Source of the DNA: Thalia democratica
Taxonomy: Eukaryota
DNA: 64,000 nucleotides
Direction: 5' to 3'
Assembly: GCA_965202585.1 (NCBI GenBank)
Contig: OZ241826.1
Location: forward strand, 17,918,001 to 17,982,000
Shown: positions 13,650-27,470 of the stretch, piece after piece
How the letters are laid out: each line of letters opens with the position of its first letter
How positions within the stretch are numbered: the stretch's first letter is position 1
The notes under the pieces: model-generated
The model's input: only the letters and a program-made list of their open reading frames with translations
Told to the model about the DNA's origin: nothing
Databases searched by the model: none
Program-made: the position numbers and the translations under genes

Positions 13650-16600
13650 GTTAGAATAACAATATTTTTGTTTATTGTTTTACCATACTATGTTTAGACC
13701 GTATAAATAATTGTTATAGGATGCAGCGTCTACTAGCGGTTGGATTTATTTATTATTTTTAATTTTTTCACTGCTATTTTTTCGATCATGTTTAAATAGA
13801 GCATTTTAAAATTGAAATTATGTAAATGTCTTACTCTGTAACATTTTTTAGCTTAAAGTGTCGTAAGAGGGGTTTTGGGTTTAGATAATGTAGCAGTTAC
13901 AAAAATTTTATTGGTATCTTTAGTTTTTTAAAAGAGTTTTTACCTTATTAAAAAAGTAAAAAAATCAAGTGCTTGTTATCAAAACAAAAAACTCAAAGCA
14001 GTGATTACTAAAACTGTTTTGTGTTTTAGAACGTATTCTAACACTTTAATGTACTATTTGTATGAAATAAACAGAATTTTAGCTAAACCAGCAATTTGAA
14101 AAATGTTAAATATATAAGTTAATATTGTACGTAATTCCATAAACTAAATTTTTAAAAAAAACTGCACGTTTAGCTTATCAGTTGATTTAAATCAAATGCT
14201 AATTTTAAAGTTGACTTATATACTATGCAATGACTATTTGATAAATCAAAGTATAAGTACAGTAAAAAATCACTTAAAAAAATACTTATAACGTATGTTC
14301 AGCAATTTGTAATGATTGATTTATTTATTGCTTGTATTATTTATTTTAAATTTCTAACACTATTTTATTTTAAGCTTAAACTACTTATAAAAAAAACTTG
14401 TTTTTGTTCTATTTTGATAAATTTATCTAGTTATTTATACAAGCAGTTAAAAAAAAAAGAATAAAAAATGCTAACATCGAAAAATTTATTAATAATAAGA
14501 TCAATTACTAATGAGAGTAATAAAGTTTATTGGATAGCTAGCTTTTTATTAACCCACAAAACACTTTTATTTATGATAACGACTTTAAAAATTGCTATAG
14601 AAGATAATAATAAACCGACCTATATACTTGATCAGTTGTTATTAATACCTCAATACTTTAGTTTCGTGCAAAACTACTAACATAACTACTTGAAATTTAA
14701 ATTTAACAAAAAATGACCTATTAAAAGAATTTTATTTTGCAAAGTAATTTCAACTGGTAATTAAACGTTAATTACATCTTAATTATATAAAGTAATAAAA
14801 CTATCTATTGCTTAGTACAGTAATTAGTTTCGGATCATTAATCACTATTTTTAAAATCAAACTAAAATAGGTCATATAGTATAGTAGTTGTGTTTAAATA
14901 GATGATACACAAGTTTTCTTTTGTTTGTCTTTTTTTTTTTTGAAATTTGTTTTTGCAAGTTCTATTGACAGTAAGTATCAAATCATTTTAGCATTTAGCA
15001 GATTTTAATTTTTTTGTAAAGTTTATATAGGTAATGTAAACTTGAATAAATTATTTTTAAGTTTTGTTTTTACTTAGGAAAAATTATAAACTCACTAATA
15101 TCACCACTACAAATCTCAGCACTTGTAAACTTGCGAGTTTCATAATGTTTTGAATATTTTTCTCATTACAGTATTTAATAGTTAAAGTATGCCCTTCCTT
15201 GAAATTTTTAAACTTAATTAATTTGAGTTTATTAATATCTAAATCAGTGTTTAATATTTTATCTGCAATAACAATATAATATAAATTAAACTATGTATAT
15301 TAATTTACTTTAAGTAACTTATATTTTTAAACAGTTCATTACACAGTTATCGATATATTTTTGCACACAATAGCCTATTTAAGGTTTTTTATAATAAAGT
15401 CTGTTTTTATAAAATTTTCGGACTACTTTTTTAAACTAAATTAAATTAGTTTATATTTGATTTAAAAACATAATCCTAATTTTTCTCACAGGCTTCAGAA
15501 ATTAAGCAAGTTAATACTTTTCAGTTTAATATATATTTACTTATAAAAGTTGTATCAAAAGTTTGAAAAAGTAATCACTAGGCTAAATTATTTTATTGAA
15601 AGTGTTTAAAACTTAACAAAGTTTATTTTCTTAAGAATTATAATGCATAATCACCAGGTAAACATATTAACACCTTAAAGCAAGCATTGAAAACAAACTC
15701 AGTTTGTTGTTAAAAGTTTAAGTTTATTTAGTAACAAAAGCTTCAAATGTCAGGTTTATTTAAGAAATGTAATTGTTTAAAATCCTTTACTTTATAAATA
15801 AGAATCCTTTATGTATTATATTTAAACAGTGTAAATATAAAAAAAACATATTTGTATATATATGAACTCACGATGAAAAGAAAAAAACTTTATTTATAAC
15901 ACTACAGTTTTGAGTATCTATACTGAAAAAACAAAATTAACACAAAATAAAACATAATAATTACGAAATCCAGTAATAACTAAAAACAAAAAATATGGTT
16001 TTAAACTATTCAAAAATCATACTATATAACAACTTAATTTTTAATCTTCTAGAATGTTTAAATTTGTTATTTATGATATAATACACTTAAATAATTGTAA
16101 CTGTTGTCGTTAAGTTTTTATCATTTTATCGTGTTTTGTTTGTTTAATGTTAATCTTGTAAAACACTTAACTATATTTGTTTACAACATAATTACATTTT
16201 GGTTTTTTAACTTCTGGTAACTATCTACAAGTAGGTTTATTAGAAGTAAACTATTATTTACCGTAGTAACTTCAAACAGTTTTAATGTAAAGTTGTATAT
16301 TTATTAAAAATTTGTTAAATTCTAAGTAGTTGCCACAATTTTTACCAATTGAAAAAGGTTGCTTTTAACAAATATGAATAAATATTTAAATGAATACGTT
16401 TGTGAAGTATAAGAGTTTATAAAATTACTTATTGATTAAAAAGCAATTGAGTTTGTTAAGTTTAAGTTGAATCGGTTTTAGTAATACTGTCTCAATAAAA
16501 GCAAACTTATTAGTCGTAAAAACTTACGAAACCACTAAAGTCATACCCACTTTAAAAAGTTATTTTCTCTTAACAAACAAGTCTTTTCAGCTTTTGCAGA

Positions 16601-17205
16601 TTAAAACCGAAGATAATGAATATTTTTCGAGTGTGATTTTTGCAAGCTTTATAAAGTTTGTGTTTGAGGCGTTTTGTGTTTTATTTGCTTGACAATTCTT
16701 TTGTTCTTCAAGTTTGTTTTTTACGTGATGTTTCTGTGGTTTTAGTTCGAAATTTTAAGATTTTCACACTCAAAACTACAATATTATGTAAATTTTGACG
16801 TTACTATGAAAAGTTTAAATTAAGAAAGTTTTATAAGTTGTATAAGTGCTTTTTTTTCAAAACAAAGTTAGTTATCAGCAACTTAAAACTATCATTTAGA
16901 TTATTTCAAAATAAAAACACTTGAATTCTTGTATTTAGCAATTATACTTTTAATTCTTTACTTTGTAAATTTTTAAGTCTTAACTTACACACTAAAAGAC
17001 GCTCATCAGATAAAATTTGATTTTTTATTTTTACCTCATAGAAATTTTAAATGATCAAGAATTTTTAATCTAGTAAAGATATTAGGTTTAAAATAAGCGT
17101 TAATTTTTGTTTAGCTTGGTAGTTTTGAATGTAAATTAATTTCTTCAGATATTATTTATTATATAGTTTTTATACTCGGTTTGCTTAATAATGCTTTTTT
17201 TACAG

Positions 17206-17253
17206 ATAATAATAAAAAAGTACCAAAAGAAGCTTCTGAGTCTCCTTATTCAG
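17206..17253 (+). CDS. ANO: Shared N-terminal exon (DNNKKVPKEASESPYS), 48 nt, phase 1-1
   Basis: ttttttacag| acceptor and CAG|gtaaaa donor; open in the required frame. Confidence 0.7.
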
Positions 17254-18083
17254 GTAAAAAAATATAATTTAATTTGTAATTATAAGCTAAATGATTTTTT
17301 TAATTTTTCAAATTAATGTTAATATTTTTCAGTAATCATTTAAGGCAGTTTGTTTTCAATCTTTTAGATTCTTTCAAATCGAAGTAAGAATAAATAGCTT
17401 TTAGAGTTAAAAAAAGTTATTTAAGTATGTTAATTTAAACTTAATAGCTGAAAGCCAAAAGCGTAATTTTAGACTAGGTATAGTTTTGTATTAAGTTTAT
17501 ACTAGTTACTTGTTCAATTATAAACAAATTCTTATCTATAATACTTTTTATTCACTTTAAATTTGAATTTAAAGTTTATTTTTACTCTAAAATAAAAATG
17601 ATAGCTAGTTGGCACTTATTTTAAACAAAAGGTTGTATACTTGTAAAAATAATATAAAACTTAAAAATATTTCATGACTTAAAATATTGCAAAAAGTAAA
17701 AATTTGCAAAAATAAAAACTTTTGTAAATTAAGTTAGAGTTTTTATAGTAATTCCTATAGACTAGACTAAACAATATAAAATAGTTGTAGTTAAATTACA
17801 AATCGCATGTTATGATTTTACTTACTGAAATGTAACGATTTTACCGGTACGTCATTAATACTTTTTTAAAGCTTTATTGCAGTATTTTGTAATTTCCATG
17901 TTTTTAGTCGAGATTAATGAGCTTGTAAATCGACTTAAAACTCTTTTAACCTTTTTCAGTTTACTTTTTGAATTTATAGTCTTTTATTCAACGCATACAA
18001 ATACTTTTTTTTTTGTTTGTTGTATTCTGTAAAATTTATTTAGAATAGTTATCGGTCTTTATTTACCTTGAAATTTTTTTTAG

Positions 18084-18128
18084 ACAAGAGAAGTCAAAAC
18101 AAAAAGGAAGATAAAAAACGTCTTGTAG
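18084..18128 (+). CDS. ANO: Shared N-terminal exon (DKRSQNKKEDKKRLV), 45 nt, phase 1-1
   Basis: ttttttttag| acceptor and TAG|gtaaat donor; open frame. Confidence 0.7.
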   Translation, partial: TREVKTKRKIKNVL

Positions 18129-18419
18129 GTAAATAAGCAGGATTTAATTTAAGCGAAAAATATTTGTACTCTTTATTAACTAGCATAGAAATAAATATGA
18201 TGATAAACACTCAATTGAAATTAATTTTTTAAGTTAGTAGGTTCTAAATTTTATAAATCATTTTAGAAAGGCAGCTTACAACTGTAAATAAAGTAATTCG
18301 AGTTATACCTTAGAAATCACTTTAAATAAAACCAAGAGCTAAAACCATTTAAGCTTAAATAAAAATAAACAACACTAGTAACAGACCAAAATCGACATGC
18401 GTTTTTATTTTACTTACAG

Positions 18420-18513
18420 AAAAAGACGAGCCCCAGGAAAATTACGGGTCAACAGAAATACCTGACGACCTAAACAACCTCCGTAGTAACGGATTAGCCC
18501 CTCCTAGTGTTAG
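18420..18513 (+). CDS. ANO: Shared N-terminal exon (EKDEPQENYGSTEIPDDLNNLRSNGLAPPSVR), phase 1-2
   Basis: tacttacag| acceptor and AG|gtttgt donor; GC-rich, open frame. Confidence 0.8.
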
Positions 18514-18894
18514 GTTTGTGTGAAGTAATGGTTTTATATATGTTTTTTTTAACCAATCAGATATGTTTAAAGTATGCACAGTAGAAAATAAAATACACTT
18601 AACATTTTTTCCATCCAACTATTAACTTGTTCTTCTTTGAATTAAAATTTTAAGTATGTTGATATTAACTGTAATTGAATTTTACAATCACTACAACCAC
18701 AAGTAACAAAAAACATTGAAAAAAAAACTTTTTTTTTTAAATTTGTTGTACAGATACGCGCAACCACATACTGTAAATCAAATAATTTTAGTTTAATAAC
18801 CAACACAAACACAACTGTAATTAAGGCTTCATAAAACTCTTAATTTAATTTAAAGTAACCTCGTATAAGTGTTATATAAATTTAATAATCACAG

Positions 18895-19063
18895 GTACGC
18901 GGAACCACAGCGGGAATCGATTCCCGTCGAAGCTGTCAGGACGACGGCGTTGGGGGAAGCCGCTAACGTAATCGTCGCGTCATCCATACCTAATATGACG
19001 TCACTGTACAACAACGGCGGCGTCACGGAAGAACTGCCGAACCATGTCGTCGAAGAAGACTCG
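18895..19063 (+). CDS. ANO: Shared N-terminal exon (YAEPQRES...HVVEEDS), phase 2-0
   Basis: cacag| acceptor and TCG|gttagt donor; lies within the supplied ORF 18869-19084; GC-rich. Confidence 0.85.
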
Positions 19064-19351
19064 GTTAGTATTCATAATTTTTGATGTGTTTGAATTTTTC
19101 ATAGTCTATTGTTTTAAGCAGTATTCGTTTCGGTTACCATGAAACAAACGCGCCATCAATGATAGATAAAGAGTTTCACCTAAATTGTCTCGAATGCTTT
19201 TGTTAATGGTCGTGTGGTGGATTTCTTTATTTAATAATCTAATTAAATGAGAGTGATTATTGAAATGTCAGTATTTTAGTACTGATCCTACATGTTATAA
19301 ACATAAAGCAAATAAAATATTTTGAACATTAATCTGTTATTGTACTTGATT

Positions 19352-19531
19352 AAAAACAAACAAGGTCTTTTACTAAACACAAATATATTTCAACAAACTT
19401 TCATCAGTGTAGTATAATTATTAAAAAATAAATAAAGTTTTAAACTTATGTAGCTAATATATATATTGTATCATACTGATGAAAACTTGTTAATTTATGT
19501 TTGTGTTTAGTAAAAGACCTTGTTTGTTTTT
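19352..19531. repeat. Long inverted repeat / foldback element
   Basis: aaaaacaaacaaggtcttttactaaacacaaa (19352-19383) is the perfect reverse complement of 19500-19531; imperfect pairing continues inward (ttcatcagt / actgatgaa). Confidence 0.85.
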
Positions 19532-21720
19532 TACGCAAATATTGTTTAAATAATTTAGTTATGGTACAATTAATAATTAAAACAACTTTAAGAATTCTTT
19601 TATTAAATTTTTCTAAGTAAGTTTTGAAAACATAGCTTGAGATTTTCAGTGATTACTTTTTCAAACAAAATGTTGAAATATTGATGAGTAAGACAAACGG
19701 TTGTTTCTAAAATATGCAGTTTGCATTTAAAAGATTTAAATGTTTTGTTGTACAGTATATTTTTTAATGATTATGTTTTAATTCTAAGGTGGTTTGTTTA
19801 TAATTTATATTTAACTGATGTTTTTATTTTAAACATAAATTTTGATAACTAAAAGTTTTAAGAAATTATATACAATATTTAAAAAAGTGGTCTTGTTTGT
19901 TATTTACAAAGATAAAAACAAATAAGCTTAAACAATAATTTGTAAGAAATACAAACCTAATTCTGTTAAAATAAAGGTAGTAAATATTTGTACACGTTAA
20001 TTATTGATTGATTAGCAAAAATTGAAAAGCAAACTTAATATTAACAACTTTCATAACACAATTTTTTAGCAAACAAAAATTTTTCAACAAAGGTTTTATT
20101 TTATTTTTTAAGTCAAACAAAATAGAAGTACTTCATGGTAAAAAAAAGTTTTAAAGTGTCGACTAAAAGCACGGTGAGTTATTTTTGTTCGCATAATTAA
20201 ACACATTGTGTAGTGAGTCATATGCCGTTAGTACATTTTGTATTAGCTCTTAGTAGGTTATAGCTGAAGTTTTTGGTTTAGTTGTGAGTTTTTTTTGTTT
20301 TCTATTACACTCTATATAATGTGTAGATACATTTTAATTACTATATTTCTAATTATCATCACAACTTGTGCACATTTCATTAAAACATTATGTGTTGACA
20401 ATGAGTGTATTTTTGCTTTAAATGTGATTTTTTTAAATATTCTCTTGTGTGTGTATTTGCAAATTTAGTTTTTAAAGTAATGTTTTCAATAAATATTTAT
20501 CTATGTACTTCATTATTCAAATAGGTCTTACTTTACCTTTATTTAGACTTTTTTGCAACAGTTTAAAGAATTATTATGAGTTTTTGTTCAAACTTTAGTT
20601 TTAAAAGCTTTAAGTTTTGACATTTACACAAACTTTTAAATAGCAAAGTATTTTTCTATAAATAAATAGTTTCAATGCTATAAATACTGAAATCAGAGTA
20701 CATTAGTTAACAAATAACTTTTATGTACATTATAAAGTTTTCAATAAAAACCAAAGTAAGGTTATATCATAATAAAAATTATATATTAAAGCTTTAATAT
20801 GATTGTTTATATAACTTATAGCTAACACACTTAAAAAAGTGTAGTCTTTGATTTATTTATACAACCTATTTTTTTAGGTTTTTTTTTAAACAATCTTTTT
20901 TTAAGACAATTTAGAATTTATAATTTTTTTAATTTAGAATTTTTCATATTTGTGCAGTCCTAAAGTTCCTTTACCACATTTTCGAAACGTATGTGAAATT
21001 TAATACCATAAAACTAGTAATGAGTGGTTAAAGAATTTACAAACCTACAGACCTTAATATTTAGTTACATTTTATATTATTACTAGCTCACACTTAAAAA
21101 AATTACCTTAGTTTAAAAATATTACGAGCTTAGTTTTGTTGCTAAGTACTTTTTACTTTGTTTTAAACTTAGTAAAATGCTAACATTTGTAACTAAACTA
21201 ATTAAGTCGGAATTATATTTAGCTCTTTTTTCTAGATGTGTTATATAAACATGTTCAAGTAAAGCAATTAAAACGAAAAAAAATCACTTAAACTTGAAGT
21301 ATTTTTTATAATCAACCAACACAATATACCATGATTAATTTTCTATTTATTTAACAATAATCAGTTTTAAAGTTCATACAATAGTTAGACTTTATTCAAA
21401 AAAAAATAATAAAGACTTTAGAATTCAAAAAGCTTATAAAGTAAACACAATTCTTAGTTTATTTACTTTATTGTGTTTATTAAACAAAGTATCATTTTAC
21501 TGCTATTTATGTTTAAAAAGGTACGACAACTTAGTTTTATAGTAAATTAATAAACAACACAAGAACTTAAAGTATTGTTATTTAGATTTTATCTTTAATT
21601 CACTAATATGCTAACAAATATAAAATAACTCAAGCTATATACAAATACAAATAGTTTGCTTAATGTTTTGTAACCAACTTAAAAATTTCAAGTCCTAATT
21701 AATTGTTTAATCTTTTTTAG

Positions 21721-21801
21721 GGTGGTAAAGTCAATGAGGCGTACATAACGGAGAAAAATATGAAAGAAGAAAATATTGACATGGCCAAACTGGAAAAAGA
21801 G
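21721..21801 (+). CDS. ANO: Shared N-terminal exon (GGKVNEAYITEKNMKEENIDMAKLEKE), 81 nt, phase 0-0
   Basis: tcttttttag| acceptor and GAG|gtatgt donor; open frame; links 19063 (phase 0) to 46714 (phase 0). Confidence 0.8.
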
Positions 21802-23564
21802 GTATGTGTTTAAATAATAAAAACTTGTGTATATTACATAAAGTTTTTTTGTACTTGTGATTAGATTATTTAACAAGATGAAAACTCAATCGTTGGAGAC
21901 TACTCTTTAGGAATAAACATTTATTACTGAGTATCGAAACCGACAGTGGTATAATTTAGTAATAAAAATTAAAGAGATTTGACACGATTATTTTGTTATG
22001 TTTTCCAAAAATCGTATTCTGTGGTTTTTAATGTCTACATGTTTGCTTTTTGTGACTGATTTATCAAAACTGATAAATGCTTTACAAAAACTGCAGTATA
22101 AAATAGTTTTAACTTATTTGATGAAGCTTTTAAGCAAAAGCTTTGAAAATTTTTTTTATTTATTGTTTTTCGTATAATTATTAGTATAATAAAGTATAAT
22201 AAAGTTTAAATAAGTTGAGTATTTCTACTCAACGTTTCTTATCCTTTAACTTAGATTGCTAGTTTTAAGCTTATGTTTTTCTGCATGTTCTCTGCAACAC
22301 CAAAACCAATAATAATTACTTTCTTTTTAATAGGCATTTTTAGAGTACATTATATAACAAGTTCGCTTTAAAAATGCATTCTCAAGTCGGCAGATTCAAC
22401 CACTAGTAACACTTCAAATTGTTTTATAGTGCCGTATATAAACTTAAATTTTCCTTTGTATAACAACTTAGATAAATTTAAATTTGGCGCGAAATAAAGT
22501 CTACTGTTACGTAGCTTCCGACTTTGAAAGGTCGCGAACTTGAAATAAAACGTCACTGTTGACTTGTCGTGGATTTAAATACTGTTGTGACGTCACAATG
22601 CGATAGCTTAGTCTTGAACCTGAGCCAAAATAAATTACTGCGTTACAGATTAAAAAGTTTATATACTGTAAACATAAAATTTATACTGTAGTTTGTTTTT
22701 ATTGTTATAAATTAAAAACGCTTTGTTTATGTTTAAAATAAAATAGAGCTGAAAGAATTTGTGTACTACTCTATAAAAATAGAATTAATAATAAGTTTAA
22801 CAGATATAAGTTCCAGTACTTTGGTTGCGATATACACTTGAAGCTAAGTGATAAATACGTTATGAAAACTTTGAATGAGCGCCAAAATAAGTAGTCAAAC
22901 TCGTACTACCAGTTTGTTATACTTAATAGGCTTTCAAAATACTGTAAACATTATGCTTTATCTAGTACTTTATAAGTGATAATCAATCATCGTTTTTTGT
23001 AATAAAAACAGTTTAGATTTTTTTGTTGAATACTAGCTAAGTGTATTGAACATAAGCTAAAATAAATAGAAACTAAACATTTGTGAAAAGTTTACAACGT
23101 TTTTTAGTTTATAACATGTATCTATATCAAGTTAATTTGTTTATATTGTTAAAAATAGTTGATCAAAAGAATTGCTGTGAAAGAAATTACTGCTACACAT
23201 TTTACAATTTTACTTTGCATACTAGTTAAGAGTTTTGTAACAACGCCAAAAAAAATAAAACATTAGTTTAAAATGAATACTACAAAAAAAAAGATTTAAT
23301 CCCTAAGAATGTGTAGCGTAGTTTTTTAGTTTCTCCTTTGAACATTTGTGAACTAAGACACATATAGATTATAGCATTTACATGTAAAAAAAAAACTACT
23401 ACACGCAGATTTCAATCAAAAAACAACAAAAAAAGGCTTTTTCTTTCATGTATTGTCTACCACTACTTGCAACTATCTTATATCGGTTAAAAGTTAATTC
23501 TTTAAGCTGAGCGCAGTGCAAAAGTTAATCCAACAAAAACTGATAATAATGTTAAGAGATTATT

Positions 23565-24165
23565 GAACTTGACATTTCAATTTGCTCAATACAATCAATT
23601 TGCCAAGTTACTATAGAGCGTAAGCAGTTGAGGAAACGTATTTTAGTACTATTTCATTCTGAATGAGTTTAGTCTAGCTGAGGGGTTTGCAGTATTTTTA
23701 ATAAATAAGTAACATACTTTTGTTTAAAGTGTAGCAAATTTCAGAAAAATATAAGTTAGTATATTTCAATCTGCTTGATATAGGCAATTTTTAAGTTACT
23801 ATAGCACGCAATCTGCTGAAAATTATTTAAGAGTGTTTTTGTTAGTTTTTGTTTAAACTGTGTTAAGGCTGGATGATTTTTAGTTGTATTTATAAACTGT
23901 ATTAATAAAATTTTCTAATGCGAACTAGCGTCGTAAAATTTTAAGAACAAAATGCATATTAGTATATTTCAATCTGAGCTATAATCAATTTGTTAAATTA
24001 CTATAGCGCGTTTGCTGGCTTGACGTTGATTTGCTTTATTGTTTGTTTTTGTTTCAAAGTGTCTAGCCTGGATGAATGTGTCATACTGTTTACAATTAAA
24101 TACTGTTTTTATAAAATTTTCTTATGCAAACTAGCATCGTTGAATTTTAAGAAAATGGTGCAAGT
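23565..24165 (+). repeat. Degenerate ~200-bp tandem repeat, about 3 copies
   Basis: Recurring tagtatatttcaatctg...caattt..aa.ttactatagc at ~23757 and ~23960, with a weaker copy at ~23570; tails (ctggatga, actagc.tcgt..aattttaagaa) also repeat. Confidence 0.7.
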
Positions 24166-27059
24166 TGTTATTGTTGCCAGTTTATTGTCCACATGATGGT
24201 CCTAGGCATCAAAACCTAGGCCACTTAAACAAAAAAAATAACGAAATAAATCAAAAATAACACAAAAAGTTCATGTTTTTTAAAACAAAGAAGTTAGAAT
24301 GTTGTTATGTGCTGTACAGTCAATTTGTTTAGCTACTATACGCGAAGATAGATGGCAGTAAAGTGGATAAATTTTGTTGTTTGGTTCGCCTACGCAATGT
24401 TCAGTTTAAAACTGTTTATTTTTTTACACTTTTAGATTAATATACGAAACAAGTTATTGTAGTGTAGTAAAAACTTGTCCGTTATAACATAAAAATTTTG
24501 TAGGACTTTATACGTGCATGTTTTGAAAAGTTTTTTTTTACTTTGAAAGTGTTTGTTTAGTTTGTAAACAAAAAGAAAGTTTGAAAGCAAGTTGATTTTA
24601 ATTTTTAATTTTATAATCTAGTCGTGTTTTTAGGCTTAGAAGCTGTATAGTAAATAGTTAAATCTGTGTAATAAGGTCAAATATATAATATTTAAATTTG
24701 TTAATAACTTTGCAATAATAATTTGCAAGTGTTAGTACGTTCGAACTGGTTTTAATGAGCTTGGTTATTGTTAAGAGCTTTTTGTCAAAACACTAATTAG
24801 ATAAACACTTTAATTAATATTACTTGTAGTCTGGCTTAGTTCTACGAGTTTTAAATTGTAAGCCGAGTTAAAAGCAGTCGTTTAAGCTTAATACTTTTAC
24901 ACTTTGTTTTGTTTAATATTTTTAAACTTACAGTTAAAAATTGTTAACTATATATTTCTTTGTCAAAACATATGCGATCATTTATTTGGGAAACTATCCT
25001 GAAGAAACATTTAAAGTATTTACTTTATAACTCTTTTTTATACAACTTAAATTGTTAAACTGTGTATATAAAAGTCTAATTTGAGAAAAATTGCATTTTT
25101 TATATAACTTATTATTTTTTTTTGAAAATAAATTGCTCACAAGTAGAAGCAAAAAACGTTTAATTTAGTTGCTTCAACTCGAAAACAAACTGCCAATTTA
25201 TTGTCAGAAGCAGCAAAATATAACAGCACGCTTCAAACGCAGACAAATAGAATATCAAACTTGCCAAAAGAAAAAGTTTAAATTTGTATTTTGTACATTG
25301 TAAGCTCAGTCAATATCGCACCTGGCAAATTAAATAAATCATTACGAGTCTATGTGATATTTTCAGTCTGTCTTAAACATCACTTTTATTTTACGTGAAA
25401 AATACTTTTTTTTTTTAAATTATATAAGCAAGTCATGTGCAAACGAAGCTTGTCAAGCTGCAAACTCAATTACAAAAACTCATCGCAACGCACACACAAT
25501 GCAATTCATAAACTTCTTTCTTTCGCGCAGCCCTTATCTTTTGCGCAGTTGATAAATTTCCCTTTGCATTATTAATGCTCGCCACAGCATCTCTGGCGCC
25601 ACCACTAAAACACGCGGTCAAAATTTCATTCTTTGCACAGAATTTTTGTGAAAAAGCCAATCTCGGACGCGGTCGTAATTTTTATGTGCATTATTGCGTC
25701 ACAGAGTGTTTAATCAGCGCGAAAATGTTAATGTCAGCAATCATTAGTTGCTTCTACTTCAAGTCTTGAGGGAGTTTTAAAAAGCTTTTTAGTGCGTTTT
25801 TAAAGGATTTTTTTTGTTAGAAGGGTTTTTGAGTTTTAATGTTTATTAGTTTTTCATTTGCAACTAAAAATATCAAGACAATTAGTTAATGCTTTTAACC
25901 TTAAATTTATCAAAGACTGATTTAAAATGTAGAAAGTAAAACCTTTTTAATTGATAGTTTTTTTTAAGAAAGTTATGTTTTGCTAAAAATAAAAGTATTT
26001 AGATTTTTTCAGAATTTTTGTATAAAACCAAATGTTATGTCAAAAAGTAATGTAATTTCCTGACTTTATTTAGTTAAAAAAAAGAACAACAAATTTCGTA
26101 CATAGATAAAAGCATTTTGATCAATAAGTATTATTTTTTTGAAAGTCCTTACTAGTTTTTAAGTTTCTTAAGTATACTTAACAACAAATACTGAACATTG
26201 CTATTTACAGGAAATGTTATTTGTTTTTAAATCGATAGAAAATTTCTGTTTTAAATTGTCGAGTACCAAGCTATTAGACGAAGCTTTTAGGATATTTTTT
26301 TTTACTTTTTACGAAAGCTAAAAGCATTTAAGTGGTTTTCTGTTAAAAAAACCTTATCTGACTCTAAAGTGAAACCTACTAAGTGCTAAAAACGCAAAAA
26401 CATTTTAACTGTGACAAATTTTTAAGAGTAATATAACGAGTATTTTTAAAGCACTTTTATCTTTATTATGCAGTTCAAAGAGAAACATTGTTTTAAAATT
26501 AACTTACATAGTTTTTATGATGATTAGTTACTAACACGTTTTATTTTTGTTAAAATCTACTGTTTTTTGTTATTTAAATAGCTTTCTTTTATATAAGTGA
26601 TTTAACAAAACTTATACAATTTTTATATGAGAATTTAAACTGAAATAATTTTACTTCTAGCTCAGAAAGGTCAAAATTACGGTTTAGGAAAGCGAAGTTT
26701 CAAGTTTGTGCCATTGCATCATTGAATTAGATTTAAAAAGTTCAGTATAGAGTTTTGTAAAACTTTCATAAGCCAGTAGTTGAAACTATAACGTAAGCTA
26801 AAAAGTTAAGATAAAAATTTAGTTTATACACATGTAATTATAGGGTTTTTTCGCAGCTTAAGCTAATAAACACACCAAATAAAATTCATCCTTTGAAATT
26901 ATCTCACACTTTTAAAACAAAAGTTTAAAGTTTCACTTGAGTTTGTCACACTTACTTCAAGGGTCGCATCTACAAATAGCAAACCACATAAGTTTAAGCT
27001 GGTTCGCTTTTAAGTTCATTTTAAATTTGCACTTCAATTTAACTTTGTTGTATATTAAA

Positions 27060-27470
27060 AGGCAAGGCGTGCAGTTTTGTGTTAAAGTTTTTGAAAGTTG
27101 TGAATAGTATCAAATAGCTACTTGTATAAGCTTAAGCTGCTTCACTTAAAAGTGCACTTTTAATAAACTTATCATATTAGTAGGCAATGTGTTGAGGTTT
27201 ATTTGCTGTCTTGAAGTTTGTATTGAAGTTTACGTGAGTCTTGCAATTTGTGCTTGCAAGTTTTTCACGCCTGTCATATTATAATGAAATTTCAACACTA
27301 TTTTTCAACAATTTATACAAGGTGTGCAGTCTTGTATTAAAGTTCTTGCAAGTTGTAAAACATGCTTGCAAATTTTTTTAAGTGCCTTCAAGTTGCTATC
27401 TTCATTGAAGTGTTAGTTGTGAGAGTCACGCCAGTTATAATGCAATTTCAATACTCTCTTTCAACAACAC
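27060..27470 (+). repeat. Degenerate local duplication
   Basis: caagg.gtgcagt.ttgt.ttaaagtt.ttg.aagttgt at ~27062 and ~27319; cacgcc...ttataatg.aatttcaa.act at ~27266 and ~27427. Confidence 0.65.

Noticed and set aside
13720-13738. 19-nt microexon after exon A1
   Set aside because: Not frame-compatible with the next exon; better explained as a duplicate of the A1 3' end.
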